Shown: one piece after another, positions 51,828-63,617 of the stretch | Position numbering within the stretch: the first letter of the stretch is position 1 | Layout of the letters: each line of letters begins with the position of its first letter | Assembly: GCA_002269645.1 (NCBI GenBank) | Contig: NIVC01001204.1 | Span: 186,001-250,000, forward strand | Direction of reading: 5' to 3' | Length of the DNA stretch: 64,000 bases | Source of the DNA: Macrostomum lignano | Taxonomy: Eukaryota | Translations under genes and position numbers: made by a program | The notes under the pieces: generated by a model | What the model was told of the DNA's origin: nothing | The model's database searches: none | Seen by the model: the letters and a program-made list of their open reading frames with translations, nothing else

Positions 51828-52810
51828 AATACTGAAACAAAAGAGGTAATGGTTTGTCAAATTCAAATCATTCAATACTGAAACAAAAGAGGTAATGGTT
51901 TGTCAAATTCAAATCATTCAATACTGACAACAAAGAGGTAATGGTTTGTCAAATTCAAATCATTCAATACTGAAACAAAGAGGTAATGGTTTGTCAAATT
52001 CAAATCATTCAATACTGACAACAAAGAGGTAATGGTTTGTCAAATTCAAATCATTCAATACTGAAACAAAAGAGGTAATGGTTTGTCAAATTCAAATCAT
52101 TCAATACTGACAACAAAGAGGTAATGGTTTGTCAAATTCAAATCATTCAATACTGAAACAAAAGAGGTAATGGTTTGTCAAATTCAAATCATTCAATACT
52201 GACAACAAAGAGGTAATGGTTTGTCAAATTCAAATCATTCAATACTGAAACAAAAGAGGTAATGGTTTGTCAAATTCAAATCATTCAATACTGACAACAA
52301 AGAGGTAATGGTTTGTCAAATTCAAATCATTCAATACTGAAACAAAAGAGGTAATGGTTTGTCAAATTCAAATCATTCAATACTGACAACAAAGAGGTAA
52401 TGGTTTGTCAAATTCAAATCATTCAATACTGACAACAAAGAGGTAATGGTTTGTCAAATTCAAATCATTCAATACTGACAACAAAGAGGTAATGGTTTGT
52501 CAAATTCAAATCATTCAATACTGACAACAAAGAGGTAATGGTTTGTCAAATTCAAATCATTCAATACTGAAACAAAAGAGGTAATGGTTTGTCAAATTCA
52601 AATCATTCAATACTGACAACAAAGAGGTAATGGTTTGTCAAATTCAAATCATTCAATACTGAAACAAAAGAGGTAATGGTTTGTCAAATTCAAATCATTC
52701 AATACTGACAACAAAGAGGTAATGGTTTGTCAAATTCAAATCATTCAATACTGACAACAAAGAGGTAATGGTTTGTCAAATTCAAATCATTCAATACTGA
52801 CAACAAAGAA
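51828..52810. repeat. 46-bp tandem array with two alternating variants
   Basis: Unit TACTGA(AACAA/CAACA)AAGAGGTAATGGTTTGTCAAATTCAAATCATTCAA, about 21 copies. Confidence 0.95.
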
Positions 52811-55052
52811 CCTATAAAATTTCTACTGAATTCCGGAAAATTAACCAAACTCCAATTTAGAAAATTTGCAGTTGCAATTGCAACTCCAATCTGCTTTCTT
52901 AGGCGCTTAACTTATTTTAAAAACACATTTTACTACCTGCTCTACTGTTGTAAGTAGCAAAATTAGCTATAGAAATGAAAAAGGTCATTTTTGGGGGTAC
53001 ATGTCAGTTTAAAACAGACTATCTAGGTGATTACAATATGTGTTTAATATTCAGAAATAAATCTTAAACTAAGCGAAATCTTGACAAATTATAAGCACTG
53101 ATGCAGCGATCGAAAGTAATTAAAAAAATTAGGTCGGATCTAAACGGACGAAATCAGACTAAAAACGGACCCACAAAAGTTCATCATTAACAAACTTTCT
53201 AACCATTTAGTAATTGCAATCTGACCTTTTGCAGTGGTTTAAGGTGAAAATTCGTGTTTTTTTCCCAAAGCTGACGCGACCCCTTTGAGGACCCAACATG
53301 GTCCGAAAGACGTCCGCTAGACGCAGCTTTTTGCACCGGGATTGTACGAATGGAATTTATAGCATTATACACAATTTATTATCGTTTATTTTCGCCGAAT
53401 TCGCTTTCGCCAAATTTGTCCATTGCGAATCTCTGTCGCCAAATTAGTGATCGTCGCAAAATTGGTCAGCACCCAAAAAATCTGCGTAAAAATTCCTTGT
53501 GAATTATTGTGTTGATTTGTTAGCCTACAATCATCCTTTTACTTGTACAATACCAACAAAAAATAAACTTTGTAAGTCAGCAATTCATCTGCAGGCAATG
53601 CATATTCACTTATTAAAAGATCCCTTAAATGACAATGGCAATGAATTTCTGGCATTCTTTCGTTATGCGACCCCTCTGTTGCACTGTTTCGTTATTCCGC
53701 GCGATCCCTTGCACTTGAGCTAAACTGTATTTATATTGCCGCGTTGATTCGTTTATGTGATCCCTTAGAAAAGTCAAGGCAAGGTCAGTTTTCGCTTTAT
53801 ATCATACCGCTGTAAAAAAATGGATGTTGCAAAAGTGTATTCGTACACTTTTTAAAGAGAAGCCACACGCCCAAACTATATCTTCAATTTCGTACGATCC
53901 GTACGTAATTCGTACGTACGGATCGTACGAAGAGTGAATTCGCTTAAATTTTTATTTGGGGATCGCGGATATCGAATTTCGAAATTGTGAGGGGGCCGTG
54001 CACGTGGTCCGCAGTCCACTCAAAAAAACATGTAGAAAAATAAAATTGACAGTAAACTGCATTAGATTTTCTTATATACCGGCCCTTTACAAACGTAGCC
54101 TAATTAATTCGTCGTACGGTTCCAGCTCATTGGAAATTAAGTACATTAAGTGAAATCCCCCATAATGAGAGGGGATCTCGTAAGACGAAATTAGTGAGGG
54201 GGGTCCGCACAAAAGCATGCATAAAACCAAACTTTTTTTGGGCGGCAATAATACACTAGAGGGGCGCCATACTGAGCAAACTGAGGGCGGTGAGCTGGAC
54301 CTCTCTTTTATTAGGGCAAAGGAAAAGGGGGCGCCATCATCGTCTGCATAAGACGATCGTCTGCGTGAAAATCCTCCCTTGCAACTGCTGCATTTGGCCC
54401 ATATTGCTGTACGTTTATGTTTCAACGCTAATTCGAAATCATTGCTCAAGGCTACTAGACTAATGAGACAATGTTTGTGTGACACAACTGAATTAAATTA
54501 TTTAGATTCACAAGTACATATTTTCTCAATATCTCATAGCGTCGATTGAGCCCATAGAGCTAAGCGTATGCTATGTATTATGTATGTACTTGTGGATTCA
54601 AAGGAGGTAGTGAGGTCTTCTGGTTGTTTTCTTCTACATGCATATCGATAAGCCCAAGGTTTATTTAATGTCTGATGTTTAAAATGGTTTATTTAAGATA
54701 AGAAACGTGCTCTACTCAGAATTCTGAAATGCCTTTGTCTTCCAACTTGACAATGTTTCCTTACACATTTTTGTGTGTGTTTTAGTAGCAATGTTTTAAA
54801 GCAGCAATTTAAAGCATATCAATGATTCCATTCAGATTCATCTTGAGCTGTTCAGAGCCAAGAACTAATACTTACACACACTATAAGTTTTGTTGCATGC
54901 CTTCTGTTCTTTGTAACTATTACAGTTTTGAGACTCTTTATTTGGCAAATATTTATCAAAAGTAGGAGGCCGATTTTTATAGACTTTCATACCCCCAGTG
55001 GCTCTCAGATATAGTTGTGAAGCCATTTAATGTTTCTTTAGCAACTGCAGAC

Positions 55053-56585
55053 TCAGCCGCGCAGAAAGTAGTCTCCATCGGTGCTGCTCAGACTGGCAGG
55101 CGGGTAGGCGAACCTCAGCAGGTGGCACAGGCCCTGCTGGCCAGAGAAAATCACAGCCTGGCAGTCAGCTGAGGCGTCGCACGGGATCAGGCAGTCCAGA
55201 GCTGTTTGGGCGGCGAGACTCCAGGAGGTCGGCAGGGTCGACGAGACGTTGAGGTTGGGCATCTGCGACTGCTTGAAGCAGCTCCGCTCTGAAGCAAACA
55301 AGCAGGGCTAATTTTAGTTAAAGCATCTGTAAGAATAGACGTCAGGACGTCAAGAAATGTATGAACTTTGGCTCAATGGACGCTATGAATAGATATGATA
55401 TTAAGAGAATCTCGGTAGAAATTCTTGCTAGTCAAGAAAATCTTTTAAAAGACATGAGTAAACTTTTTTGACTTGCAGTAAGACTCATGTGAGATTTTTT
55501 AAAGCGAAGCACTGCCTTTGGTCAAACATCCTGACCGGTAATGGGTTACATGCATGGAATATACTTGTAGAGAAAGCAGAGTAGATTCTAAAGCAGACAC
55601 ATTTCTAAAGAGTGAGAGAAGCAGGAACAGAAGCAGAAGCAGAGGCATAAAAAAATAGAAGTGCAAGTGCAGAATACTGTACTCCGATGCTCCGATGCTA
55701 CATCCGACTGAATGATGGGATTTCTGAGGCGTCGAAGTCTAATCTTCATCTTCTGTTTGGTTAACAAAAGCACCTGCTTCATTGTCTCCGTTGATTGCTG
55801 GAGAAAATGCTCCGTTCGGGATGGCACGTGCATGTTCCTCAGAAACTGTGAATTCTGTCGCTGTGAATGTACGTCTTCTGCTTCTTAACTATTCGATCAA
55901 TAGCCATAGTGCTACACTCGCAGCTAGTCTAATGAATAGCTAGACTAGTGAACTAAAGTTCAGTTCTGAACGCGATAAATCGCCATCTATTGCAATATAA
56001 TATTTAAATAGGGCCTAAATGCAGTAATTGATCATTAATGTCTTGTTGCTATGAACTCGCGTTTCGTTTCAATTCATCACTTAGACTGCTTGAGGCTGCA
56101 TGTATATGCTAAAAGAAATGGTACACCAATTCTGATTGGAGTGCAATCTGAGTGCAGACAAACTCACTCGGATAGGTCAGAGCGAACACCGAATTTCGCC
56201 AAAAGCCTCCACAGATCTGACTGGAGTTTCCGTTGCAAGTTATATTGCAGTCGCTTTCCTTGGCTGGTCCGACCGAGCCGAAGTCCCAGCTGCAGTAACA
56301 GGCCCTTGCGTATTGCACCCCGAAGTACGGGAAGCCTCCAAGTGCACAGAAGCCGCTGCAGAACTCCTGAGTCATGTTATCGCTCGACACCTTTGAATCT
56401 GAAACAGAGATTTCACCGACACCCCGAATTCCCGACAAGCCTCTCATGTCCCTGGTGCTGTTGTCCTTAAAGCAGCCAATGTAGGAGACTCGAATGACTC
56501 GAGCAGCGGTGACGCCAACAATGACCAGCAGGAGAGAGCAGCAGGCAGCTGCCAAGAATGCCGGGCGATTGACAAAAGGAGACAT
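55053..56585 (-). CDS. Secreted WSC-domain plus PAN/Apple-domain protein, 2 exons
   Basis: Exons 56585-56168 and 55288-55053 (phase 1). Hydrophobic signal peptide; WSC YIGCFKD..MTQEFCSGFC..YFGVQYARACYC..CNITCNGNSSQICGG..NSVF; PAN-like DCLIPCDASADCQAVIF..LCHL. Confidence 0.85.
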
Positions 56586-56924
56586 CTTGGTCTCTTCTTC
56601 TTGTGTTGAGAACTCTTTTGTCACTGCTTTATATACTACAGCCTGTGAGGAAACTTTTAGGTTTGTATCAAACCTTCTTTTGTTGACTTCCTTCATCTAT
56701 ACTGCTGCTCTGAGTAGAGATGATCGCGTGGCCAAGTTTAAATTTGACTTGCAGTGTTAGTATTACTCACACCTTACAGAAATATATTTCATGAATAAGT
56801 GTTTTTGCACTCTATTGAAATCAGTGGTTGGTAATCAAAGTGATCCTAGATACTGATGCTGAGCTTACAAATAGCATGTAACTTATGATCGTTAAACAGG
56901 AAATTTACTACTCGTAAAACCAAT

Positions 56925-57418
56925 TTCCATTGTCTACCTCCAAAACCATAGACACAATCTACCGTTGTCTACATCCAAAACCACAGACACAATCTAACAT
57001 TGTCTACCTCCAAAACCACAGACACAATCTACCATTGTCTACATCCAAAACCACAGACACAATCTACCATTGTCTACCTCCAAAACCACAGACACAATCT
57101 ACCATTGTCTACATCCAAAACCACAGACACAATCTACCATTGTCTACCTCCAAAACCACAGACACAATCTACCATTGTCTACATCCAAAACCACAGACAC
57201 AATCTACCATTGTCTACCTCCAAAACCACAGACACAATCTACCATTGTCTACCTCCAAAACCACAGACATAATCTACCATTGTCTACCTCCAAAACCACA
57301 GACATAATCTACCATTGTCTACCTCCAAAACCACAGACATAATCTACCATTGTCTACCTCCAAAACCACAGACATAATCTACCATTGTCTGCCTCAAAAA
57401 CCACAGACACAATCTACG
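56925..57418. repeat. 35-bp minisatellite (70-bp dimer)
   Basis: Unit CCATTGTCTAC(C/A)TCCAAAACCACAGACACAATCTA. Confidence 0.93.
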
Positions 57419-57679
57419 AGTGTACCAGCAAATCTCCAGAGTGTAAGTCTCTATCCATATTAGTGAAAGTGAGATTAGACTATGTAAAACTTCTTTGAGG
57501 GAAGTTTCGTGCAAGAGTCGTAGCCGTAGAGTCGTAGAATCAAACCTTCTTTTGTTGACCTTCCTCATCTATACTGCTGCTCTGTGTCCAAATTTAAACT
57601 GTGACTTTCTGCGTTAGAAGTACTCGCACCTTACAGAAATGTTTTGTGAATAAGTGTTTTTATTTTGGCACTGCATGCT

Positions 57680-59160
57680 GACACCACTCGCTCGAACTTG
57701 AATCTTGCTGCTTCAGGGCTCTCAAACCGAGTCCCACGCAGTTGGTTCTTCACCAAAAAGAAGAGAAAAAAGTCGCAGGGTGCCAGGTCAGGGGAACATG
57801 CAGGATGCGTCACCAACTGGACTCCATTCTGGGCCAGAAATTCCTATGTTGCAGCAGCCGTGTGCGCACTGGCGTTGTCGTGGTGCAGCAGCAGGGCACG
57901 AAGTCCGGTGCGCGGCTGGCTGATGTGTTCCTTACTACCAATTAAGACCTACTTAGTAATCGAGGAACAATCACTTCTAGCACTTAGCTAGGCAACCCAG
58001 TTGTCAATTGAAGGTACTGCTTACCTTGGTCTTGGATCCCTGCGCCGATCTGCGGATTCTCCTTAGCCTTCTCCTTCTAGTAGTGCCTCTATGCGCACCA
58101 GGTAATGCTCCGGTAATTACTTTCATGGCTCTAATAGATCCTCTAAGATCTATTAGGGTAGTCCTTCGGGCAACTACTGCCAATGTAGTCTCAAATGGAC
58201 TCAAGAGTCTCAACAGACTCTAACACTATAACAATAGAGAGTCGACTAAACAACAACTGGCGCAAATGAGAAAGGCTTACCGCAACAACTCGACCGAGTC
58301 TCGATTGACTTGGTGATCAGGAAGTCTCGCTAAGGACTTCCTCTTCGGAGCGCTCCTCTTCCGTCGGGAGAATGACTCCGGTACCGCTTTGGACCGCTTG
58401 TATTTATAGACGATTTTGTAGGCCAAAAAATAGTAACATGACTCATGTGCTAAAAATAGTAAAGTGATTCATCCGCTAAAAATAGTAACATGAATCATCC
58501 TGAAAGTTTAGGTGCGCATGCGTGCACTACTTACTTATAGTAGCATCCTACGATTTTACTTATGCGGGAGATATGACACTCTACACGGCGTCTGCGCAAC
58601 GCATCGAACACGAGCGGCAGGCACTGGTTTATATACCAGTCGGCATTGACTGTCCGTCTGTCTTGGAGCGCTACAGTCGCCAGGTGGCCGGCCTGGCTGA
58701 AGAAAGTCGCCACCATCTGCTTCCCGACGCTGCGGGCCCGCTTGACCTTCGTTGGGGTGGCATCGGCAGGAAGGAGCCAAACTGCCGACTGCTGCTTGGT
58801 TTCCGGGTCATACTGGTAGACCCAGGTCTCATCGCCTGTGATGATCTCCCAGCATCGCTTCGAGGTCCCAGAATCGAATCGTTCGAGCATAAACTCGCAC
58901 CAACGCACCCTCTCCGCTTTCTGGTCCTCCGTCAGGTTGTGGGGCACCCAGCGGGCACACCGCTTGGAGGCTCCCAGCTTGTCGTGCAGGATTGTCGTAA
59001 CCGCTGTCGATCCAATGCCGAGAGCCTCTCTGATCTCTGCACAGGTCACTCGCCGGTCGTCGGCAATCATTCTCCGGACAGCAGTGATGTTTTCGTACGT
59101 GACTGCGGAAGCTGGACATCCCGTCCGAGGCTCGTCATCAAAGCTGCTGCTTCGGCTTTT
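57680..59160 (-). mobile_element. Mariner (DD34D) transposase remnant, split by a solo LTR
   Basis: 59160-58586: DDEPRTG, ARWVPHNLT, GDETW, NADWY. 57920-57680: LLHHDNASAH..HPACSPDLAPCDFF, with 34 residues between D2 and D3 and one TAG at 57844. No TIRs seen. Confidence 0.92.
57921..58585 (-). mobile_element. Solo LTR (665 bp)
   Basis: TG...CA termini, 4-bp TSD TGGC/CGGC, minus-strand TATAAATA near 58405. Removing it restores the mariner frame (LRRRRPRTG). Confidence 0.75.
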
Positions 59161-60319
59161 CACGGCAAGGTACTATGCCGATATACCTGTAACACCGATT
59201 GCCAAAGCTGTGGTTCATCAGGCGTGTGCGAGGTGCGAAATGGTCAACAAGAAGTTTTCTTCAGCGCAGAAGGAGCTGCATCCCATTGAAGTTCCCAGGA
59301 ATGCAGAGCGCCTCTTCGGCTTTTTGTGCATGGACTGCATCACAATGCCGACTACCACACCAAACGGTTCGAAGTATATCCTGACTGTATGCTGCAAGTT
59401 TACAAAATTTGCCATTTTTCGGGCGTTGCCGAACATCAAAGCGCTGACTATCGCAGCCGAGTTAAAAAGCATCTTCGCGCTTTTAGGCTGACCATTGGTC
59501 ATTCTCAGCGGTCAAGGACGCGAGTTTTGCAACTCTGTCTTGGACGCCCTGCTGCAGTCGGGAGGAACGCAAAGAAGAGTGACCAGTGCTTACCACCCAC
59601 AGGTAACCTTAACAGTAATGTTTTATGCTTCTGATATTATGTAGTAGTGGTGCATCATTTTTTAAGTACGAGTAGATCACTAATTTTCTCCAGACAAACG
59701 GTCAAACTGAGCGCCTCAACCAAATGTGCATTAATCTACTGAGAAAGCGGTGTGATTCTGAGGAACCAACTAACTGGGATTCCATGCTGAATGATGTTCA
59801 ACTCGCATACAACAGCCGCCGACATTCGGTGACAGGCTTCTCGCCGTGCAGGTAAAATATGAAAGTAATAAAGTTTTTAGAGAATCAAGTATATTTTATA
59901 AAGCATATTTCTATACTGTAGCAGATCATGCCGCAGCACTGGCTTCGGTTCCGGAGCCGATGGAAATCAACAGGCGATTGCTTGCCAACAAGGACAAGAA
60001 GCGAGCCGCAGCGCGAAAACTAATTGCGCGTAGAATCAAGATCGCTCAAGAAAAGATGCGACAGCGTCACTTGGTTTCGGCTGCTGGAGCTCAAGAGCTA
60101 AAGCGAGGAGACAGAGTTCGGCTTCGAAATCTGCGGAGGGGTGATCGAAAGGGTGGCAAGATGCGATACACCTGGAGTCAGCAGGTCTACATCGCGACGA
60201 GGTGCCTCGGTCGCAACGTATATCGATTAGGAGGACTCACTAGACGTGTCAATGGCAGGCATCTCAAGAAGTGCTTTCTACAAGTACAATCGTCGAGCGA
60301 ATCTCCAGTTTTTCATTAG
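59160..60319 (+). mobile_element. Gypsy-like integrase with spliceosomal introns (Ginger/GIN-like transposase remnant)
   Basis: ARYY..CARC, MDCITMP..GSKYILTV, ILS(G)QGREF, TSAYHPQ|TNGQTERLNQ split by GT-AG intron 59603-59693. A second GT donor at 59852. C-terminal GDRVRLRNLRR..RKGGKMRYTW. TGA at 59489. Confidence 0.8.
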
Positions 60320-60589
60320 AATCGCATGCGGGATTCTGAACTGACAGCACTCGTACGAGTATTTATCAAAGGTTTCTAGCTCGTATTTTTGCCCTGGTAT
60401 GGTGCATGACAGCTGCAAAATATACTGGCTACAGTGAAACGTTAAACTACGATCGTACGGAATGTAAAATGTCTTGAAATGGAAAAAATTACTGACATTG
60501 TTAGCGATTTTTACTACCTTTTATGCTTCGATGAAAATTGTTAAACGGTTAAGAGAAGGAAACTACAACACTCGTTGCACGATTACGAT

Positions 60590-60930
60590 TTCGGACTTTA
60601 TGAAAATGGGGAGATCGGTAACCGGAGATCCTAAACCAAACCTAAGTTTTTTCACTCGTGACGGAGATCGGCAAACGGTGTAGAATCTCCGAGGGGATAA
60701 CAGAATCTGGTTTTGGATCTCCGGATAGGGAGACCTGACCATGCCCCGGAGATCCCACAACGGTTACGGATCTCCGATCGTGGAGATCCCTAACCGTTTG
60801 TATTCTCCGAAGGAGACCCTAAACCCTTTAAGATCTCCGGTCGGAGATCCCAGCCCGTTTGCAGTCTCCGGATCGGCGACCCAAAACTGACCAGAGCCCC
60901 GGAGTTTCTAAACCGTAATACCGGTATATT
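60590..60930. repeat. Cluster of short direct and inverted GGAGATC(C)/GATCTCC motifs
   Basis: At least 12 GGAGATC, GATCTCC or GGAGAC motifs with AAACC/CCGTT spacers, typical of a transposon subterminal region. Confidence 0.6.
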
Positions 60931-61105
60931 TCTTCAGAAGATACGGCACAAACTTTAAAGTTTAAACAGATCGAGACGATTCGCTGTTCAGCTAATATTC
61001 AAGAGCTGGTAAATAAAATGTTCAGATTTAACAATTTAAAAGTTATTCCACAGACCGATCTCTGAAGTTGGAATCAGCTAGTTGTCACAGCGCAGCATCC
61101 ACGCA

Positions 61106-61843
61106 TCAGGCGAAGGGTGAGACGCACTCGCACAGAACGGCAGACACTGTGCAAGTCTCGGAACAGTCGGCCAGACCAGCCAAGCCATGGTATCTGATTA
61201 TAACGTTTTCGTTACCCGAATTGCTAGGCTCACCGTCGGCCCACAGAGCAGCGTCCACGGTGCCATTGCAGCCGACCCAGTACCAGCCGCCAGCCGGCTC
61301 TGCACTGCCTGTTGGCTGGAGGCCTCCGAGCCAGATCGACTGTCCAGAGCTGTAGTTCGAGCAGATCGAGTCCACGTGGCTCATCTCCTGCTTGCTGGTC
61401 ACGTCGGCCATGATGACCAAACCGCTCTCTGACTCGCACTTCTGCCTGCTCGGCCACCACGTCCCGATGCCAGAGTACAGCCTGTACTTCACTCCGCACA
61501 GGTCCATGCCGTAGCCAGACGGACACAGCGCGCCCGCCTCGAGTCCCGGCCGCTGCTTGACAAACACCCGGCCTCTCCTGGAGCAGCCACAGCTCCTCAC
61601 CGACTTGCTGCACTTGTCGAACACGAACAGCTGGCACGGACCGTCAGCCAGGCTGAACGCCTGACAGCGCTGGTTTTGGGCGCACAGAGCGGCGCACTCG
61701 ACTTTGCTGATTTCGCTTGAGTAGGTCTCAACAAACTGGCCGTTGATGCAGAGATATCCGTTGATGACAACATACAGCTGCTGTATGTCACTGCCGAGCG
61801 TGAGGCCCAGAGCCACGAACATCGTCAAGAGAATACTGCTCAT
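61106..61843 (-). CDS. Secreted PAN/Apple plus C-type lectin domain protein, single exon
   Basis: Signal MSSILLTMFVALGLTLG; PAN ECAALCAQNQRCQAFSL..CQL; CTLD CPSGY..TWWPSRQKCES..IWLGG..WYW..LWADGEPS..DC..VLCE. Confidence 0.88.
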   Translation of the reverse strand: MSSILLTMFVALGLTLGSDIQQLYVVINGYLCINGQFVETYSSEISKVECAALCAQNQRCQAFSLADGPCQLFVFDKCSKSVRSCGCSRRGRVFVKQRPGLEAGALCPSGYGMDLCGVKYRLYSGIGTWWPSRQKCESESGLVIMADVTSKQEMSHVDSICSNYSSGQSIWLGGLQPTGSAEPAGGWYWVGCNGTVDAALWADGEPSNSGNENVIIRYHGLAGLADCSETCTVSAVLCECVSPFA

Positions 61844-62726
61844 TGTCAATGCTTAAGAAACCACGGCGGTAAAATTAACAGACGCATCTGCAGCTGAGTT
61901 TTAGCTCAAGATTTTTACTCGTAGCCTCCGATTTAAGTGGCTCTCAGCTGTATTTGAACAGAAAACATGCACCTGTCTGTAATTGTTCAAACAGGAGCGG
62001 CTCCTTACTTTTTACGGCCTTTTTTGCGGCTCAAAACTATACGAGGGCTCAGTCGTTGTTCTAATTGGGAGAGGAAGCTGAGGGAAACCTCCTAGGATTT
62101 GAGATGCTTCTTCTTCTGAGACTTTTAACTTGCTAATGAGAGAAAGTCTAGGGCTGATGCCAACGATGTTAAAAGTCTAAGTGCATATAGCTCGTATAAT
62201 CAACCATGGGTCGTCACCACCGGGGGGACATGGGAAGACATGAAAGCAATTAAAATCATTTTAGTGCATCTTATCTAACTTTCTCAGATTTGGTGGACAC
62301 ACGGCAGGGGTGAGATAAGTTTTTGATGTTGAACTTAGTACGAGCGTACTTGGTTACTTTCGTGCGCGTGTGTACTCTGTAAGCATATCCAACAAATTCT
62401 CGGGGCTAAAATTCACTTCTAAAGCAAGAAAAAAAGAGATCGACTCACACAAACTATGAGAGTCAATATCAAAGTGTACATCAGAGTAACCCCAATGTGA
62501 TCGAAAGTGAATGCAGCAGCAGCAGCTTTTTGTTTGACGATTAGTCCAGTGCCTACAAACTGTAATAGCATGAAGACAGGCGCAGAAGAACACTTCGCTT
62601 CAATCGGAGCCTGCTCGTCTGGGACTTCGTAAAGCAAAAGGCCCAAGCGAAAAGTCGACCGGCTTGTGATCAAGGATGCCTCTTTTGCAGGCTTGTCGTT
62701 ACGTAAGACGATACCTGCTGAAACTA

Positions 62727-63184
62727 CGAGGGGCGTCCGGAAAGTAGTGTTACTTTTGCTTGGTGTGGACGTATGGACAGGCACACTTGCATGTGCTTGG
62801 TGTCATTTGAAAGCGGCAAGTCTCTTCTTTAAAATGACACCAATTGCAAGAGATTTAGATCTGTGCTTCAAGAGATATAGACGATTAAGTAGAGAAAGGT
62901 CAGTCATAGACTTACAGAACCTCAAAAACGTCAACAGAAAACTTTTACGAGTTTATCGATTTTTTCGTAATCATGGGCTGTCTATGGCCAAATGTGATGC
63001 AGTGAACGAGAGGGGCTGTCTCATAAAACTTCATATCTCTTGAAGCACAAATTCAAATCTCTTGCAATTGGTGTCATTTTAAAGAAGAGACTTGCCGCTT
63101 TCAAATGACACCAAGCACATGCAAGTGTGACTGTCCATACGTCCACACCAAGCAAAAGTAACACTACTTTCCGGACGCCCCTCG
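62727..63184. mobile_element. Tc1/mariner-type MITE with about 152-bp TIRs and TA TSD
   Basis: TA|CGAGGGGCGTCCGGAAAGT...ACTTTCCGGACGCCCCTCG|TA. TIRs 62727-62878 and 63033-63184 differ at only about 3 positions. Confidence 0.93.
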
Positions 63185-63617
63185 TAACATATACAGACAT
63201 TGCTTAGCACTTTCTTTTGTGCCGCCGCGTAACAGCGTGAGCCAATCATATTAAGATATTCCCATATTATTAGTATTCAAATATATTAGGGCCTTTTGAC
63301 AACAGAGGACAGCTAAGGACTATTAATTAAAATGGATAGCAACACAATTTTTTTGCTAGGTGGATCAAAAAGAAAACCATGAATCAATAGAAAGTATAAA
63401 CAGGTTAGTTTTTCGAATTTTTTAACGGAGTGGGTCGTTAGATTGAATTTGATTTTTAATCTGACAGGCAAACCAAAAAAACTTTCAGAAAAAAGTTGCG
63501 TAGATAAAGTAGATAATTTAATATGCACTGCCACTGTGCAAATTTTCTTATATCTTGTCAGTGTTTCTTGCAACTTTAGGGCTGACAAAAAACAATAAAA
63601 ACGGTTTTGTTGTTAGT

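Noticed and set aside
51828-52810. CRISPR-like appearance of the regular 46-bp (and 38-bp, 24432-25338) arrays
   Set aside because: Units are head-to-tail with no unique spacers, there are no cas genes, and the context is eukaryotic.
58522-59289. 255-aa plus-strand ORF overlapping the mariner
   Set aside because: It is the antisense shadow of the GC-rich mariner coding sequence, running across element junctions.
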